A DNA stretch of 64,000 nt. Origin: Macrostomum lignano (taxonomy: Eukaryota). This document shows positions 1 to 39,167 of this stretch, one piece after another. The notes below the pieces were generated by a model that saw only the letters and a list, made by a program, of their open reading frames with translations, had not been told where the DNA came from and did no database searches. The translations under genes were made by a program, and so were the position numbers. The DNA lies in contig NIVC01003746.1 in the NCBI GenBank assembly GCA_002269645.1, forward strand, positions 1 to 64,000. The letters are read 5' to 3'. How positions within the stretch are numbered: position 1 is the stretch's first letter; every line of letters starts with the position of its first letter.

Positions 1-3000
1 TCGATCGGCCAAAGTTATACACATACTGTAAGTCCGGGGGAGGGTAGTCGTAATCGTAGCGGAGCGGTCGTTAGCGGCGCGGTCGTTCAAAGCGATGAAA
101 CACCGGAGATTCTGACTCCGTAAAATAGTGTGTCGATTGGCTGAGCTTGTTACTTTCAGTAGGGTAGTTGCTGCCAACACCGCGGAACGAATAAGTCTCT
201 GAACTTTCTTTGAGCTGGGAGAACTTTGGTTATTTTACGCCCCATGGGCAAAAGACTCAAGATACGCTATGGCTTAATGTTAACGTATAAATGTGGTAGT
301 AATGCAATTAGATATTATCGTTCTTTATTAATTCAATGTTGAGCAGGATAAGCGTTATTACTAAATTATTAATAATACGGCGAGAATGTTCGGCGGGCCG
401 CGGTGCTACGGCTAGTTAATAAAGGAAGTTAGGCAAACGCAACCAAAGTAGAGAGAGCAAAAATGGGAGCAGAAAAACAAGAGCCAGAGGGGAAAGGGAA
501 AAAATAAGCATTTTACACATAATGAGCATTGATTTTTTTGTAAGCAATATTACACAGCGACTTCGGCTGGACCAAAAGAAGAAAAGTTAAAATACGCGCC
601 GGTCCAGCAGCTGTAGAGAAGGAAAAAAATATAGAATTAAGGGGGAACACGCAGTTGAGCCAACAACGGGATAACATTTCGTACGAAAGTGAGATTAATA
701 CTAGTAATCCCATAACGGGATGGGGTGCGTGATGAAAATGTCCCGACGCGGGAGAAAAAAATTCCCCTTAAAAAATTAGTTGAAGTTGCTGCATGATGAC
801 ATAGACACACTGATCGGAGATAACGGCGAAAGGGCTCAGGACTGGCGGCATAGCGACATGCAAGCGCGGCAGCAGGACGAGCACAAGGAGATTGAAGCGA
901 GACAGCATTCTGCTAAGCTGGACAAGTGTTTCTGCAGGCGCGATTGTAACGTCCATGATTTATTAAAATGTCCGGATGATGTTTAAGAATGGGGACCCCC
1001 TGCAAGCCGTTCTTTCCTTTTCTAAGCATATAATCCCTCACAGTGCTTTTAGTCCGTTTCCTGTTAACTCGGTAAATTCTTCTGCTCATCTCCGGGGGGC
1101 CTAAATGTTGTCAGGAGGGGACTGTTTAAATGCTGTGGTTTATGAGGAGGGGGTAATCGAGATTCCGAGGCTCGATTAGTTGTTAGTAGGCCAAACATCA
1201 AACGGAGAGTTAAGGTCAAACCATGGCTTAAACAGAGGCTTTGATGCCAAACCTCACAGCGGGTGCTGACATCTTAGGCCAGATTGCTGGCTAAACATCT
1301 TAGGATACTAACAATGGCTCAAGGTCAAGGTCACACAACCTATATTGAGTAGTTTATTCAATTTTTTATTTCTTTATTGCCTCCCCAATGGGGGCCGCAG
1401 AATGCAAGTTTTTTGTTCTAAATCCGCTTCGTCCACTTCATAGAATTATGAAGTTTGGAAGCGTATATATATGAAGTAGTGTAACTGTGCCTGCATCTCC
1501 TTATGCACAAGCTGTCAGGAGTTATGGTTGTGACCACGTATGCGACTTTGGTTCCGTGACCTGTGTTTTTCATTTACATGTACGCCCCAACAGCATTAAT
1601 AAAATTCAAGCGCGCCAGCGAACACTGTATTCGGGCTTGTAAATTCTTAATAATCATGAAGTTCGATCTGAATGTAAGAATACCTTGGCGCCTACACTTG
1701 AACTTCAATCACGGAGTGGTCTGCCTGTCCTTTGCCATGCTTTTGGCCCATCTCAGTGTAACATATACAAGCTAAACTGTGCAGCGAATTGCGATGCGAA
1801 AAACTGTACAAGTTAACTGCACATGCAATGCAACTCTCTGGCAGACGCTACAGTTGGAAGATTGCGACAGCATTGCTTCTAGAAACATAGCCATCAACAG
1901 TTTCAGTTTTAGTGCCTCTAATACGGTTGCTGTAAACTGAAGGTACTTGAACTGCAGCTAGCAATGTAAGTGTGCTGCACACCACAGTTCCTATGCTATA
2001 ATGTAAACAGGTGTTAAAACATTTTCATGATAGCTATATTTATTGCTCTCAACCAAGTCTAAACCTATGTGGCCCGTCAATTCTTCATCGAAAAAATGAA
2101 CAACGAAGCAGTAACAGCCCATTGTAAAATATTTCTTGGCAAAGGTGAGTTCCAAAAGTGCTGCTCGATTATCAAACATTTTACTGAATTCGATTTTGTC
2201 TGAATTTATTCGTCTATCAATCAATAGGTAAGTACGACTTCTGCTTGCCACTTAAATTGCACTTTTTGCTATAACCTACTGCTACAACAACTACGAGCGT
2301 ATGCTACATTTTCGGTGCAAAATGCATCAATATTTTGCTTTCATTTATTCATTGGCTTTGGCTAATTACTGTACTTGTACATGACAGACAAGCTCGACCT
2401 ATTCGCAAAAGGGCTGTCTGTGGCGCAACGCCTTCAGCGTCCTACATAAGAACGATCTTTTTTAAGATTGCAATCGCAAAATTAGCCAATTGGATTGCCG
2501 AATTAGAAAAAATGAACTCTGTTTTCATACATGGCTGTTTGCGGCGTTTCACAATAATTCATTAGTAATATTCTTTTGAATATACTATTCTTTAAATTTC
2601 TATAGAATAATCTTATTTTGTAATAATACGATTAATGCATAACAAGCTAAAGTAATTATACAAATTGGTACAACGCCATTCGTATCATGTTGCTAATAGT
2701 GCAAATTAGAGGGGCAAATAATATAATGATAAGCAAGGATAATTGCAATCGTACATAGTATGTACATAGTACCAGTATGTACACTATGCCTAGGCTACCC
2801 TTTCTGACCTGCGTACGTCTTATCTTATTTGTGAATCAAACGGAATGGTAGGGAATCTGATGTAAAATCGTGTGATTTTATGGCCACGCGAATGACCCTT
2901 TCAGGCAATGTACATGTGTTGACCCGGTTGTTTAAATAAAAACAGTCAGTAATAGATTTTATTGGCTTTGGGGGAATTCCACTGGCATTCAAACTCTGGT

Positions 3001-4222
3001 GTACATTAAGACAAAGAAAGGTTATCAGTGTGCTAGACAGTTGCGATTTAACTTTAGACTTTGTCCAAACTCCTAAGGCCTTAGAAGCACAAGTGAAAAT
3101 CAAACGAAAGTTAACGTGGTGTTACGACATTACGAGGTAAGCAAATTCGTTTTGTTAGATTTTTTGTTTTTGAAAGTACTATGTACAACTAATTATAGCA
3201 TAGTTTATTTAAGAATTCAAGCATTCATTTTAAGGCTGCCAATCACAATCAGTTTCTACTTGTACTTTCTTCTATAGTCAAAACACAGTCTATACTCTAT
3301 GGTCTGTAGCACACATGCACAGGATTCAGGCTTGGTTGCCAAGAGTGGAGCCTGGTTTGCACACACTGCTTGGCCCGTGAAACTATCTGATTAAGCACAC
3401 GTAGTCTGATAGTTTTTAGTCACAATCGCAACTCACAGTTGCATTTTTGACTTGTTCGCTATGTGCATCACAAAAATGTTATTCACTCCATCACTTGTTC
3501 GCTTTCTGCGTCGCTAATCATTACTGACCTGAGATTAAAGTCTGAATTCAGTATTTTGAATTCAATGCACTCCCTATGTACGCTTTTGGCCATAGACTAT
3601 CGTCGAAGCATGGGTTGAAGTCAAGGACAACTTGATAACTCAGGACCGGAAACGAGCCAATTCATGGCGAAAAAAGTATGAGGCTCGTTTAAAAGCATTG
3701 TTCTATGACCCATCCGTATGCGTATGCTTTCAGTTGCCAATGTATACTTGTATCATATTTGACTTTTTAATAGGCAGTCAGAAGGCGGGTGCAGGATCAA
3801 GTTGTCCTTGGTTGAAGTATGGTTGGCCGTGTCTTTAAATTGAATGCTCGGCTTCTCAAATAAAATGAGAAATATTCTCACTTGGCCCTGGCCATAGACT
3901 ACGGCAGCGTATTTATTTGGAGTTCATGTCCAAAGCCATAAATACGTTTCTTTACCTTGTACCTAGTGCACTTTAATTACGGTTTAATTACGCCTAAAAT
4001 AACTATAGACAGCGCACTAAAAGTTATTAAAGTCAGTCCCTATATATATGTTCAATTTTTTTCAAAGCATATTGCAGTGTGTAGGCACTGCTGGGTTCTG
4101 ATTTAAGATGGATCTGCTTTCACGGCATTTATTTGCAGATTTTAGCTAATTCAATAATTTGAGCTGTTAGCTATATCTTGCTTCTGTTCACTTCAGTTTA
4201 GAAGAAGAAAACAACCAAAGGA

Positions 4223-15969
<11,747 letters not shown>

Positions 15970-18041
15970 TTTTTATTACAAAAATCATCTGCACTTACTA
16001 GTGAATAGTAACTCCTTATTATGTTTCTGCGGATTGATTAAACAGACGATTTTATCCAGCGCTGCTCAGGACTAAATGCAATGATTGCAATTGATATCCA
16101 TTACAATATTCTCTAATTAATTATGCATTCATTAACAGTCGAAACTGTAGAGTCGCTACAGGAGTCTTGCAATAAGTAGTATATAAGAAACACATGCTTT
16201 GTTATTTATTGATGAAATATCAACAATAAATATGATTAACTACAATACTGTCAGAACACCAACAAAATAAATGAGACTAAAAAGCAAAACTAAATATCAT
16301 CCTTTTTTGTAACCATTATTATAGTTTTCAAAAGATGTCGGTTGTCTTGCAAAAAGACGAATCGCCCTTTTATTTCCTTAGCCTTCTTCGCTGCCTGCTG
16401 TTGTAATGTACTAAATTGTCTATAACTGTGTAACAACGAGAACACACCCAAAAAACAAACGGCGAGTGATTGGACGCGGCTTAAAATAAAGATTCGGCCA
16501 AGGGGGAAGGCAAGCAAGTCCTTCTTTACTCGCTAGAATAATCGTGCGCCAAAAAGCAAACACAAAAGCTGTCTCCGGCCTTGAGAGCGGAGCACACAAG
16601 GCCAGTGGAATAAGGTTGCAGGTATGAGACAAACAGTTTATAGGTAGTTTGTATCAACTTTCAGGAACTGTCGGACTTAAATATTATTTTTATTAAATAA
16701 TAATAAAGTAAAGTGAAACACAAACGATAATAGTATTAGAAGACTGTCGCCGGCAGAGCGAAATAAATTCTGCATTAAAAGCTTGTCTTAAAAATAATAC
16801 GAGGATAAACTTCAATCTAGCAATATGTTTTTTTCGACTGGTGGTAAACAGACCTGTCTTTTGCGGGCTTTAATAATAACTTTTATATGCTAAAATAGGA
16901 GCGCTGGTATATAATAATAGGCGATATAATCCCACCTGTACTGCGCCTTTACGAGTACAATAACCTTTTTTGTCCCTATTCAAATAAACAGTGTAGTTTT
17001 TTTAAAACAACGCTTAGCACGGATCACGGAACTTGAACAAAAAATAAATAAATAAAATTTCGAGTTGGATTGGATTTCTGAGTTTAAAAATAAAAAAACA
17101 AGAGGCCGTGTCCAAAGGTTATAATGATTAGTGCAGTTTTTAAGCACTTGCAAACGCTGCTGTTAGTAAAGTAGCTCGTACAAAGTCCGCCAGAGCAGCC
17201 AATCAAAGCACAACCCGCGGCATTTGCAAGCGCCGTATTAACTAAACAAATATGCTTTAAAAAAACAAAAAACAACGGAAAAAAACTCGGGACAGAACGG
17301 AAAGTGAAACAGGTTAGTATTTTATAATATAGCCATCGGAACACAAGCCGGGACTTGGTTGGGGACACAGAAAAATGAACCACCAAATCCGGCATCTGAT
17401 TTGAAGCGGCGGCGGCGCTCCGGCACAACTTCGGCGGCAGATGAAAGCACATCTACAACTTCTACTAGTCGTTCTTTTTCGGAAACAAAAAAACTTTTTT
17501 TTGGATTTGAATTACTGGGGGTTATCGGATTAAACGCACCCGAAAAACACAGTTTTTGCTATTTTTTTGTAAGTTAGCGCACGGCCGACAGATTTGACAG
17601 ACTTGTGTTTGTATCGTCTGTGCCTTATTATCTACTTATTAGATCTAATAAATAGCAGTTTCTAAAGGCTGTCAATCTTCTGAAGGCTAGTGCGCCAACC
17701 GTTTTTTTCGAATAGAAAACGCGCGATGATGACACGCACGACTAAAACAGCCGTGCGAGATGAAAGCTGTTGCCATAGCAACGAAATATGAGAGCTTATT
17801 ATGAGCGATACGAAGAGCTGATAGAACATTCGGACGTAAACTGGGAGCATATAGTGAGTCCATTTTTTTATTGAAACGTTAACGAGCTTTGCAACCAGGG
17901 TTTGGAGGGTCTCCGTTTGGAAAAGAAAACTTACTAAAAGAAACTACTAAGTCCTTCAGATGACGCAGACAATTTTCAAACGGTCTTGACCAAGTTTCAC
18001 TGCATTGTAGGGCGATTCGTTCGATTCTTTTCTCTCACAAG

Positions 18042-31280
<13,239 letters not shown>

Positions 31281-33283
31281 GGCAAAAGCGATTTTAGTTT
31301 GTTGAACGAGTCAGTTATTTATGTAAATTTTCTAATTGTATGCCACCATCGATCAGTTCAAACAAAAACTCGAATACCGGTGAAGGATCTGCGTGTATCG
31401 ATCGCGTTTGTTTATTGAGAGATTTCTGCGTGTCTTAATGATGGTGCACTTTACATATCTGGTTTTCGGCACGGTATATTGTCTCATATACATTTTTTCT
31501 AAATGGCTGGGCTAGCTCCTAGATCAAAATTTCAAATTTGTGTCCGAGAGAATTAAAAAATATGCTCGTAAAGAATTTTTTGAATAATTAAAATTGTCTA
31601 ATGAAAGTGCCAGTTCAATAGAGGGCATTAAATACAATTAAAAAGTATGACTGAATTAAGGAAGTATCTATAGATTCTTTCATCAGCGCATCAAGAAATA
31701 GCTGCTAGCGTTTCTGCCTGCTTAACTGACACCTTGATTTTGGACAAAACACAGCTGGTTTTGAATGATTTATTATCGAATGTCTAAAATTTAAAAAATA
31801 CAAATGTATAGTTTTTTTTCGGACTGCCAGTTTGTATTTGCGTGTTAGCGAATTCGAGAGAAGAACAGCTGCGTTAGCAATTCACAATTAAATTTTCATT
31901 TTACCAGTAATAAAAATAGCTCGAATGCCAACACAGTTACAGTAGCTTTGAAGAGTGGTCCTTTGATTAACGCCTCGATTGCATGAAGCCGCGGCAGCAT
32001 GACCTCATTCTAATCAATGCAGGCTCAGCTGAATTCACACGTCCCTCTCGAGCTCTCTGCCATCAGTGTCGGAGTATGAAATATAACGCAGATTTTTTCC
32101 TCTATTACTACAGATACAGAACTATATAGAATTCAACACAGTCAAATAGAGAATAAAACTACATGTTATACTGCATGTGCATTACTGGATTATTAGTAGG
32201 GCTTTCTGCCTGGTTCGCACCCTCTCAAAAAGTGGCGCATGCGCGCAGTGCAGTGCTTTGTATATTTTGCTCAGCAACAGCCCGAGTAACAGCCGGTTGA
32301 AATTGGGGTGAGAAACCTTCCCCCTCTCTCTCTCCCAATCTCTCTCTCTCTGCTCAGATAGATAGGAAACACATGCGGCTTTCAGCTATACAGCTACAGT
32401 TTTAGATGTGCGTCAAGGCGTAGCTACGATCCCTCCCTTGGGCTTCTTGGCCACGCATGCAGACGGGAAGCAGCCAGAAAGTGTGCCACAAAGGCATGAC
32501 AGGGTGCCAAGGCCATGCCACCCTCAGAAACCCCCACGCAGCAGAGCTTTATAGCCTCTTGGCTTATACTGATCCTGCGCGGTTCTGGCTCATAAAGTAT
32601 ACCAACCTGGAGTCCTCTTTTATGCCGCCATAGCCAAACCTACCAGCTATAATCCAGCCAGATCACGAGTATAGTCTCCAAACATTGCGTATAGCTTTAT
32701 CCAGCTTTCTTTTCTCTCTCTTCTCTTGAACTATTGCTTCCAAGCCACGCACCGTCTGAACACTTCTCGTTCCCGACCGGGGCCAGTTGTCGGCCTGGGT
32801 TCAATTGTTATAGTAGTCTGCGAGAGTCGCCGCGTCGCACAATTGCTGCAATCCACCGCTTGGGAATTGGCTGGGTGCAAAGAGATTGAGGGAGGAATCG
32901 GTGGGGTGAGGGAGCAGCGGGTTGGCTGAGCTCTGTGACCTCGCCCACTTCCCCAATCCCATGCTCCCACTAGCGGCACCCCTCGCTCCCCCATACTGTT
33001 GTTCAGTGTCCCGCCTTTCCATAAAGAAACAGTCCACTTCATCTCGCCGCTGCTTATCGGCCCCCGAGCTCTCTCTAGGTTTGCACCTGCTTATGCAGAG
33101 GTGGCATTTGAAGAAGCTGGAGAAGGAGACGAAAAAAGCAATCAAGACTTATGCAGCTCAACAAGGTCCTTGATGCAACGACGAAAGACTGACTGCTGGG
33201 AGCTCAACTGAAGCCAGACTTTAAAAGCGCCCATTCCAATCTGAATACCAAGTATAGTCCAAAGTAGTTTACCATTTCTAAGC

Positions 33284-34762
33284 ATGCATGAGCAGCGGAA
33301 GCAGCACAAGCGATGGCCATCTCAGTATTCCATGCTGCTGACAGTGCTACAATTGTGCACAACCAGCATTGCCGCCTCCGAAAGGGTGACTGAAAGGGCC
33401 AGCCCAGTGGCCAAGCACCCTAACACCAGCCTGACGGAGTTCACGCACACTCTTGTCGACCGAGAATTCTACGACAAGCACTTCCGCGCTGTGCCGCCGG
33501 GCGGCGGTCCGTCTGTTGTGTACGTCTGCTTTCACATTGACAGCTTCGGTCCCATCGACGTTCTGAGAATGGACTTCTCCATCGAGGTGGTGCTGCACCT
33601 CCGCTGGTCGGATCAGCGGCTTCGGTACAGCGGGCACCCGGATCGCGTTGTGCTCAGCCAGCTGCTCGAAGATGTCTGGCGTCCGGACGTGTTCTTTCAG
33701 AACGCTAAAAGCATCGAGAGGCACGACCTGCCCTCCGGGAACTTTCTGCTCTGGCTGTGGCCGAACGGATCACTGCTGTACAGCCAGAAGCTGAACCTGC
33801 GCCTTCACTGCCACATGGACCTGGAGGACTTCCCCTTCGATGTCCAGTCGTGCTCGATGCAAATCAGCAGCTTCGGCATGAGCACGGACGATCTGGAGTT
33901 GCGCTGGTCGGACAATGATACAACAACAGGAGTCTCTACGAATGGCATTTCGTTCTCTAGCCCAATGGCCACATTCCTGAACGAGTTCCACCCTCCAATC
34001 GTAAACTACATGGCCGGCACGAACTACTCGCAGCTGACTGGTCGCAACTTCAGCAATCTGATGGCAAATTTCACTCTCAGGCGGAAACACTCGTATTATT
34101 TAGTTAATAATTACCTACCGTCCATTCTCATAGTGCTCATCACCTGGTCCTCATTCGCTATTGATTATAACGCAGCTCCTGCCCGAGTATCTCTATCAAC
34201 GCTGAGCCTCTTGGCTCTCCTCACCGAGACAGTGGCCCTGGAGCGGAAGCTGCCTCCCGTGTCCTACATCACCGCACTGGGCATCTGGCACATCTGCTGC
34301 ATCGCGTTCATCCACCTGTCCCTGCTGGAGTACATGGCTATCAACCTGATCAATCGTCGGCAGAAGAAACGCCTCGAACGGCTTAACAGTCAGGGCTTGT
34401 CCACGACAGGCCGACTACAGGACCTCGGCGGCAAGGCGTCCGGCAGGCTCGACGCTCTCGAGACGCTGATGCCGCTAACGGTGGACGACGCCGACGGCCG
34501 GGCCGACCTGGCCGAATCGGTGGCGGATAATTCCGGTCGGTTCGGCCGCCTCTGCCGGTGCCGCCACCGAGCTGGCAGAGCGGGCGGCAGGTGCTCGCGC
34601 AATCGGCAGGAGCAGGGGCGGCAGCAACCGGGCTGGCGCCTGACCCCAGCCCGCCTGGACCTGATCTTCCTGTTCTCCTACCCCATGGCCTTCGCCCTGT
34701 TCAACGTGGTTTACTGGTGCTTCATCATACCGAGAGACGCGCTCCAGTGGGACTACGCCTGA
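33284..34762 (+). CDS. Cys-loop ligand-gated ion channel subunit, anion-selective (GlyR/GluCl/GABA-A-like), single coding exon, 492 aa
   Basis: Loop A VWRPDVFFQN; Cys-loop CHMDLEDFPFDVQSC; pre-M1 FTLRRKHSYYLVNNYLPS; M2 PARVSLS anion filter; M4 LDLIFLFSYPMAFALFNVVYW. Signal-like stretch MLLTVLQLCTTSIAA, so the true start may be M17. AATAAA at 34868. Confidence 0.93.
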   Translation: MHEQRKQHKRWPSQYSMLLTVLQLCTTSIAASERVTERASPVAKHPNTSLTEFTHTLVDREFYDKHFRAVPPGGGPSVVYVCFHIDSFGPIDVLRMDFSIEVVLHLRWSDQRLRYSGHPDRVVLSQLLEDVWRPDVFFQNAKSIERHDLPSGNFLLWLWPNGSLLYSQKLNLRLHCHMDLEDFPFDVQSCSMQISSFGMSTDDLELRWSDNDTTTGVSTNGISFSSPMATFLNEFHPPIVNYMAGTNYSQLTGRNFSNLMANFTLRRKHSYYLVNNYLPSILIVLITWSSFAIDYNAAPARVSLSTLSLLALLTETVALERKLPPVSYITALGIWHICCIAFIHLSLLEYMAINLINRRQKKRLERLNSQGLSTTGRLQDLGGKASGRLDALETLMPLTVDDADGRADLAESVADNSGRFGRLCRCRHRAGRAGGRCSRNRQEQGRQQPGWRLTPARLDLIFLFSYPMAFALFNVVYWCFIIPRDALQWDYA

Positions 34763-35115
34763 GCACCTCTGCCTGCCTGGCAACATCGCCATTCACCGAT
34801 TATCTATTCATAATCTACGACTAAATAGCAGAATTTTTAGTAACTAACTCTCATATATAGAAGCAGAAATAAATTATTCAAAAGCGGATGAGAATTCTTT
34901 GCATACTGTGTCATCATTTCTTGGCTGACACCTACTATCAGCAGAATCATCTGATATGCGTGACTTCAACGAAATTACGCTGACCAGAAATTTTCCGTCA
35001 TTAAATCAATTGTTTTGTCGCTAAACAGGAATTTATAAAAATAAATTTCTGCAATATTGGATCCAAAATTTCTGTTCATAGTTCTCTCCATGTTTTCGTT
35101 GTACTTTATTGAGAA

Positions 35116-37480
35116 TTATACAGAAGCCAATCCTGAATCCCAGCTGCTAATCCTGAATCCCAGCTCCCAATCCTGAATCCTAGATGCCAATCCTGAATCC
35201 CAGCTCCCAATCCTGAATCCTAGATGCCAATCCTGAATCCTAGATGCCAATCCTGAATCCCAGCTGCTAATCCTGAATCCCAGCTCCCAATCCTGAATCC
35301 TAGATGCCAATCCTGAATCCCAGCTCCCAATCCTGAATCCTAGATGCCAATCCTGAATCCCAGCTGCTAATCCTGAATCCCAGCTCCCAATCCTGAATCC
35401 TAGATGCCAATCCTGAATCCCAGCTGCTAATCCTGAATCCCAGCTCCCAATCCTGAATCCCAGCTCCCAATCCTGAATCCCAGCTCCCAATCCTGAATCC
35501 TAGATGCCAATCCTGAATCCCAGCTCCCAATCCTGAATCCTAGATGCCAATCCTGAATCCCAGCTGCTAATCCTGAATCCCAGCTCCCAATCCTGAATCC
35601 TAGATGCCAATCCTGAATCCCAGCTCCCAATCCTGAATCCTAGATGCCAATCCTGAATCCCAGCTGCTAATCCTGAATCCCAGCTCCCAATCCTGAATCC
35701 TAGATGCCAATCCTGAATCCCAGCTGCTAATCCTGAATCCCAGCTCCCAATCCTGAATCCCAGCTCCCAATCCTGAATCCCAGCTCCCAATCCTGAATCC
35801 TAGATGCCAATCCTGAATCCTAGATGCCAATCCTGAATCATAGATGCCAATCCTGAATCCCAGCTCCCAATCCCAATCCTGAATCCTAGATGCCAATCCT
35901 GAATCCTAGATGCCAATCCTGAATCCCAGCTCCCAATCCTGAATCCCAGCTCCCAATCCTGAATCCTAGATGCCAATCCTGAATCCTAGCTGCCAATCCT
36001 GAATCCTAGCTGCCAATCCTGAATCCTAGCTCCCAATCCTGAATCCTAGATGCCAATCCTGAATCCCAGCTCCCAATCCTGAATCCCAGATGCCAATCCT
36101 GAATCCTAGATGCCAATCCTGAATCCCAGCTCCCAATCCTGAATCCCAGTTCCCAATCCTGAATCCCAGATGCCAATCCTGAATCCTAGATGCCAATCCT
36201 GAATCCCAGCTCCCAATCCTGAATCCTAGATGCCAATCCTGAATCCTAGATGCCAATCCTGAATCCCAGCTCCCAATCCTGAATCCCAGATGCCAATCCT
36301 GAATCCTAGATGCCAATCCTGAATTCTAGATGCCAATCCTGAATCCCAGCTCCCAATCCTGAATCCCAGCTCCCAATCCTGAATCCTAGATGCCAATCCT
36401 GAATCCTAGCTGCCAATCCTGAATCCTAGCTCCCAATCCTGAATCCTAGATGCCAATCCTGAATCCCAGCTCCCAATCCTGAATCCCAGATGCCAATCCT
36501 GAATCCTAGATGCCAATCCTGAATCCCAGCTCCCAATCCTGAATCCCAGTTCCCAATCCTGAATCCCAGATGCCAATCCTGAATCCTAGATGCCAATCCT
36601 GAATCCCAGCTCCCAATCCTGAATCCTAGATGCCAATCCTGAATCCTAGATGCCAATCCTGAATCCCAGCTCCCAATCCTGAATCCCAGCTCCCAATCCT
36701 GAATCCCAGCTCCCAATCCTGAATCCTAGATGCCAATCCTGAATCCTAGATGCCAATCCTGAATCATAAATGCCAATCCTGAATCCCAGCTCCCAATCCC
36801 AATCCTGAATCCTAGATGCCAATCCTGAATCCTAGATGCCAATCCTGAATCCCAGCTCCCAATCCTGAATCCCAGATGCCAATCCTGAATCCTAGATGCC
36901 AATCCTGAATCCCAGCTCCCAATCCTGAATCCCAGCTCCCAATCCTGAATCCCAGATGCCAATCCTGAATCCTAGATGCCAATCCTGAATCCCAGCTCCC
37001 AATCCTGAATCCCAGCTCCCAATCCTGAATCCCAGCTCCCAATCCTGAATCCCAGCTCCCAATCCTGAATCCCAGCTCCCAATCCTGAATCCCAGCTCCC
37101 AATCCTGAATCCCAGCTCCCAATCCTGAATCCTAGATGCCAACCCTGAATCCCAGATGCCAATCCTGAATCCCAGCTCCAAATCCTGAATCCCAGCTCCC
37201 AATCCTGAACCCCAGATGCCAATCCTGAACCCAAAATGCCAATCCTGAATCCCAGCTCCCAATCCTGAATCCTAGCTCCCAATCCTGAATCCTAGCTCCC
37301 AATCCTGAATCCCAGCTCCCAATCCTGAATCCTAGATGCCAACCCTGAATCCCAGATGCCAATCCTGAATCCCAGCTCCCAATCCTGAATCCCAGCTCCC
37401 AATCCTGAACCCCAGATGCCAATCCTGAACCCAAAATGCCAATCCTGAACCCCAGATGCCAATCCTGAATCCCAGATCCC
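35116..37480. repeat. 20-bp minisatellite array, ~2.4 kb
   Basis: Constant tcctgaatcc followed by variable cagctcccaa, tagatgccaa or cagctgctaa. Confidence 0.96.
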
Positions 37481-38145
37481 AATCCTGGATTCCACAGAAT
37501 CCATTCTGCATCTGAATTAAAAAATACAATTTCCAAATTGTTTAAAAATGCCAATCGATGTAAATCGTGAGTCTTGACTTCAGATTGAAAATATAAGGTT
37601 GACTCTGGATAGACAAAATCACAATTCTGGATCCAAGATCACGTAGTCCCAGTTTTAGGTCTGACATACGCAGTCGAGCCCATGTAAAAAAACAGTTGAG
37701 ATGTGCAGTGTTCAGAATCTGTAAATTGGCCCCCGTCTTTTGGTGAACCGAAATTACCACTGCGGCCCCATGGGAAGGTTTAAAACTGGCAATACATGTA
37801 GATTGGCTGCAGACCCAGTTTCTGGGGGAGGGGACACCGACTAAGCCAGGGCGGACACAGTTTGTTTTTCGCTAATTACATACTGACTTCCCTCAGGCCA
37901 GATGGGTTGGTTCCGTGGATAGTAGCTCTTGCTTCCTTTCTGTTGGAACCGGCTCATCGACTTAACTATGGACTGGGCTTGATAGGCTGGTTGGCCTTCT
38001 GCCAACTAGTGCAGCGGGTCACGTGTTCCAGAGTTGACAGCCAGCAGATTGAATTCGGCTGGTTAACTTTAAGTCCAATGTAGGGTAGCTGACCCTGTAA
38101 TGCAGATCTCCAGTGTCTTCCTGTCTGCTCGGGAAGGTAAACGCT

Positions 38146-38510
38146 TCCCGTGTCTAGTGGAAGCTTCCCGTGTCTAGTGGAAGCTTCCCGTGTCTAGTGG
38201 AAGCTTCCCGTGTCTAGTGGAAGCTTCCCGTGTCTAGTGGAAGCTTCCCGTGTCTAGTGGAAGCTTCCCGTGTCTAGTGGAAGCTTCCCGTGTCTAATGG
38301 AAGCTTCCCGTGTCTAGTGGAAGCTTCCCGTGTCTAGTGGAAGCTTCCCGTGTCTAGTGGAAGCTTCCCGTGTCTAGTGGAAGCTTCCCGTGTCTAGTGG
38401 AAGCTTCCCGTGTCTAGTAGAAGCTTCCCATACTGTTGGAAGCTTCCCGTGTCTACTGGAAATTTCTTGTGTCTATCGGAAGCTTCTCGTGTCTATCGGA
38501 AGCTTCCCGT
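38146..38510. repeat. 20-bp minisatellite (aagcttcccgtgtctagtgg)
   Basis: About 13 near-identical units followed by decayed units. Confidence 0.95.
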
Positions 38511-38770
38511 ATCTGTCGGAAGCTTTTTACGTCTAATCCCAGCGTACTGTGTCTGCCAGCAATTTCCAACGCCAACCAAATGCTTCCATTGTTTCGTTGA
38601 GAACCTCAAAGCAAGCCGTGACTGACGATGGACGAGAGCTCCCAAATTTCGGTATAGGAATTTTCCCTCCCCATTGTGAGTTCACCCCTGTTTAGTCCAA
38701 TTTTTCCTTCATCAGCCGAAGTGTCCGGGCACATCAGTCACCGGACACAGTGGCCGAGCGAGGAGGAAAC

Positions 38771-38773
<3 letters not shown>

Positions 38774-38864
<91 letters not shown>
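38774..38864. repeat. (GA)n microsatellite
   Basis: Direct inspection. Confidence 0.97.
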
Positions 38865-38866
<2 letters not shown>

Positions 38867-39167
38867 TTGTCCAGTTAAAAACTTTTCGGCTCCAACAGCC
38901 AGCTATCAATCACCGCTCCGGGTGAAGCAGCGAGCTCAATTTAACGAAACTCTCCTATTGCATTCGCTAAGCCCATTCTCTTCTTTCGAGGTCCTTCTAA
39001 ATCCGGCCTTGTTGGCGCGCACTGACTGAGCCGTCAGTCATCCAGAAATGCCCAACTGTCTGCCATTGTCAATCAGTGACTGATGCGGACTATGTAAACA
39101 GCCTTGCTGGTTTATGGCCTGCTTGAGGCACTGAAGAAGGTGATTGTCTTCATGCACTTCTGCTGCC

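Noticed and set aside
1-4100. Short ORFs (780-986, 1563-1775, 1991-2251, 3632-3838) and a possible spliced minus-strand gene at ~1430-1760
   Set aside because: No recognisable domains. The trial splice model needs implausibly short introns (17-28 nt). The region may be decayed TE sequence but cannot be supported.
16290-17850. Short ORFs and a possible Helitron or other TE between the receptor and PABPC 3' ends
   Set aside because: No TIR, TSD or Helitron terminus could be identified.
31340-31405. ATCGAT (DRE-like) motifs and a TCT/TOP-like start for PABPC
   Set aside because: They are imperfect short matches and the transcription start is unknown.
32700-33211. Cluster of short overlapping ORFs upstream of the channel gene
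   Set aside because: No domain similarity; more likely promoter or 5' UTR sequence.
35116-38510. Regular 20-bp periodic arrays as a possible CRISPR array
   Set aside because: No unique spacers, no cas genes, and a eukaryotic context; these are simple minisatellites.
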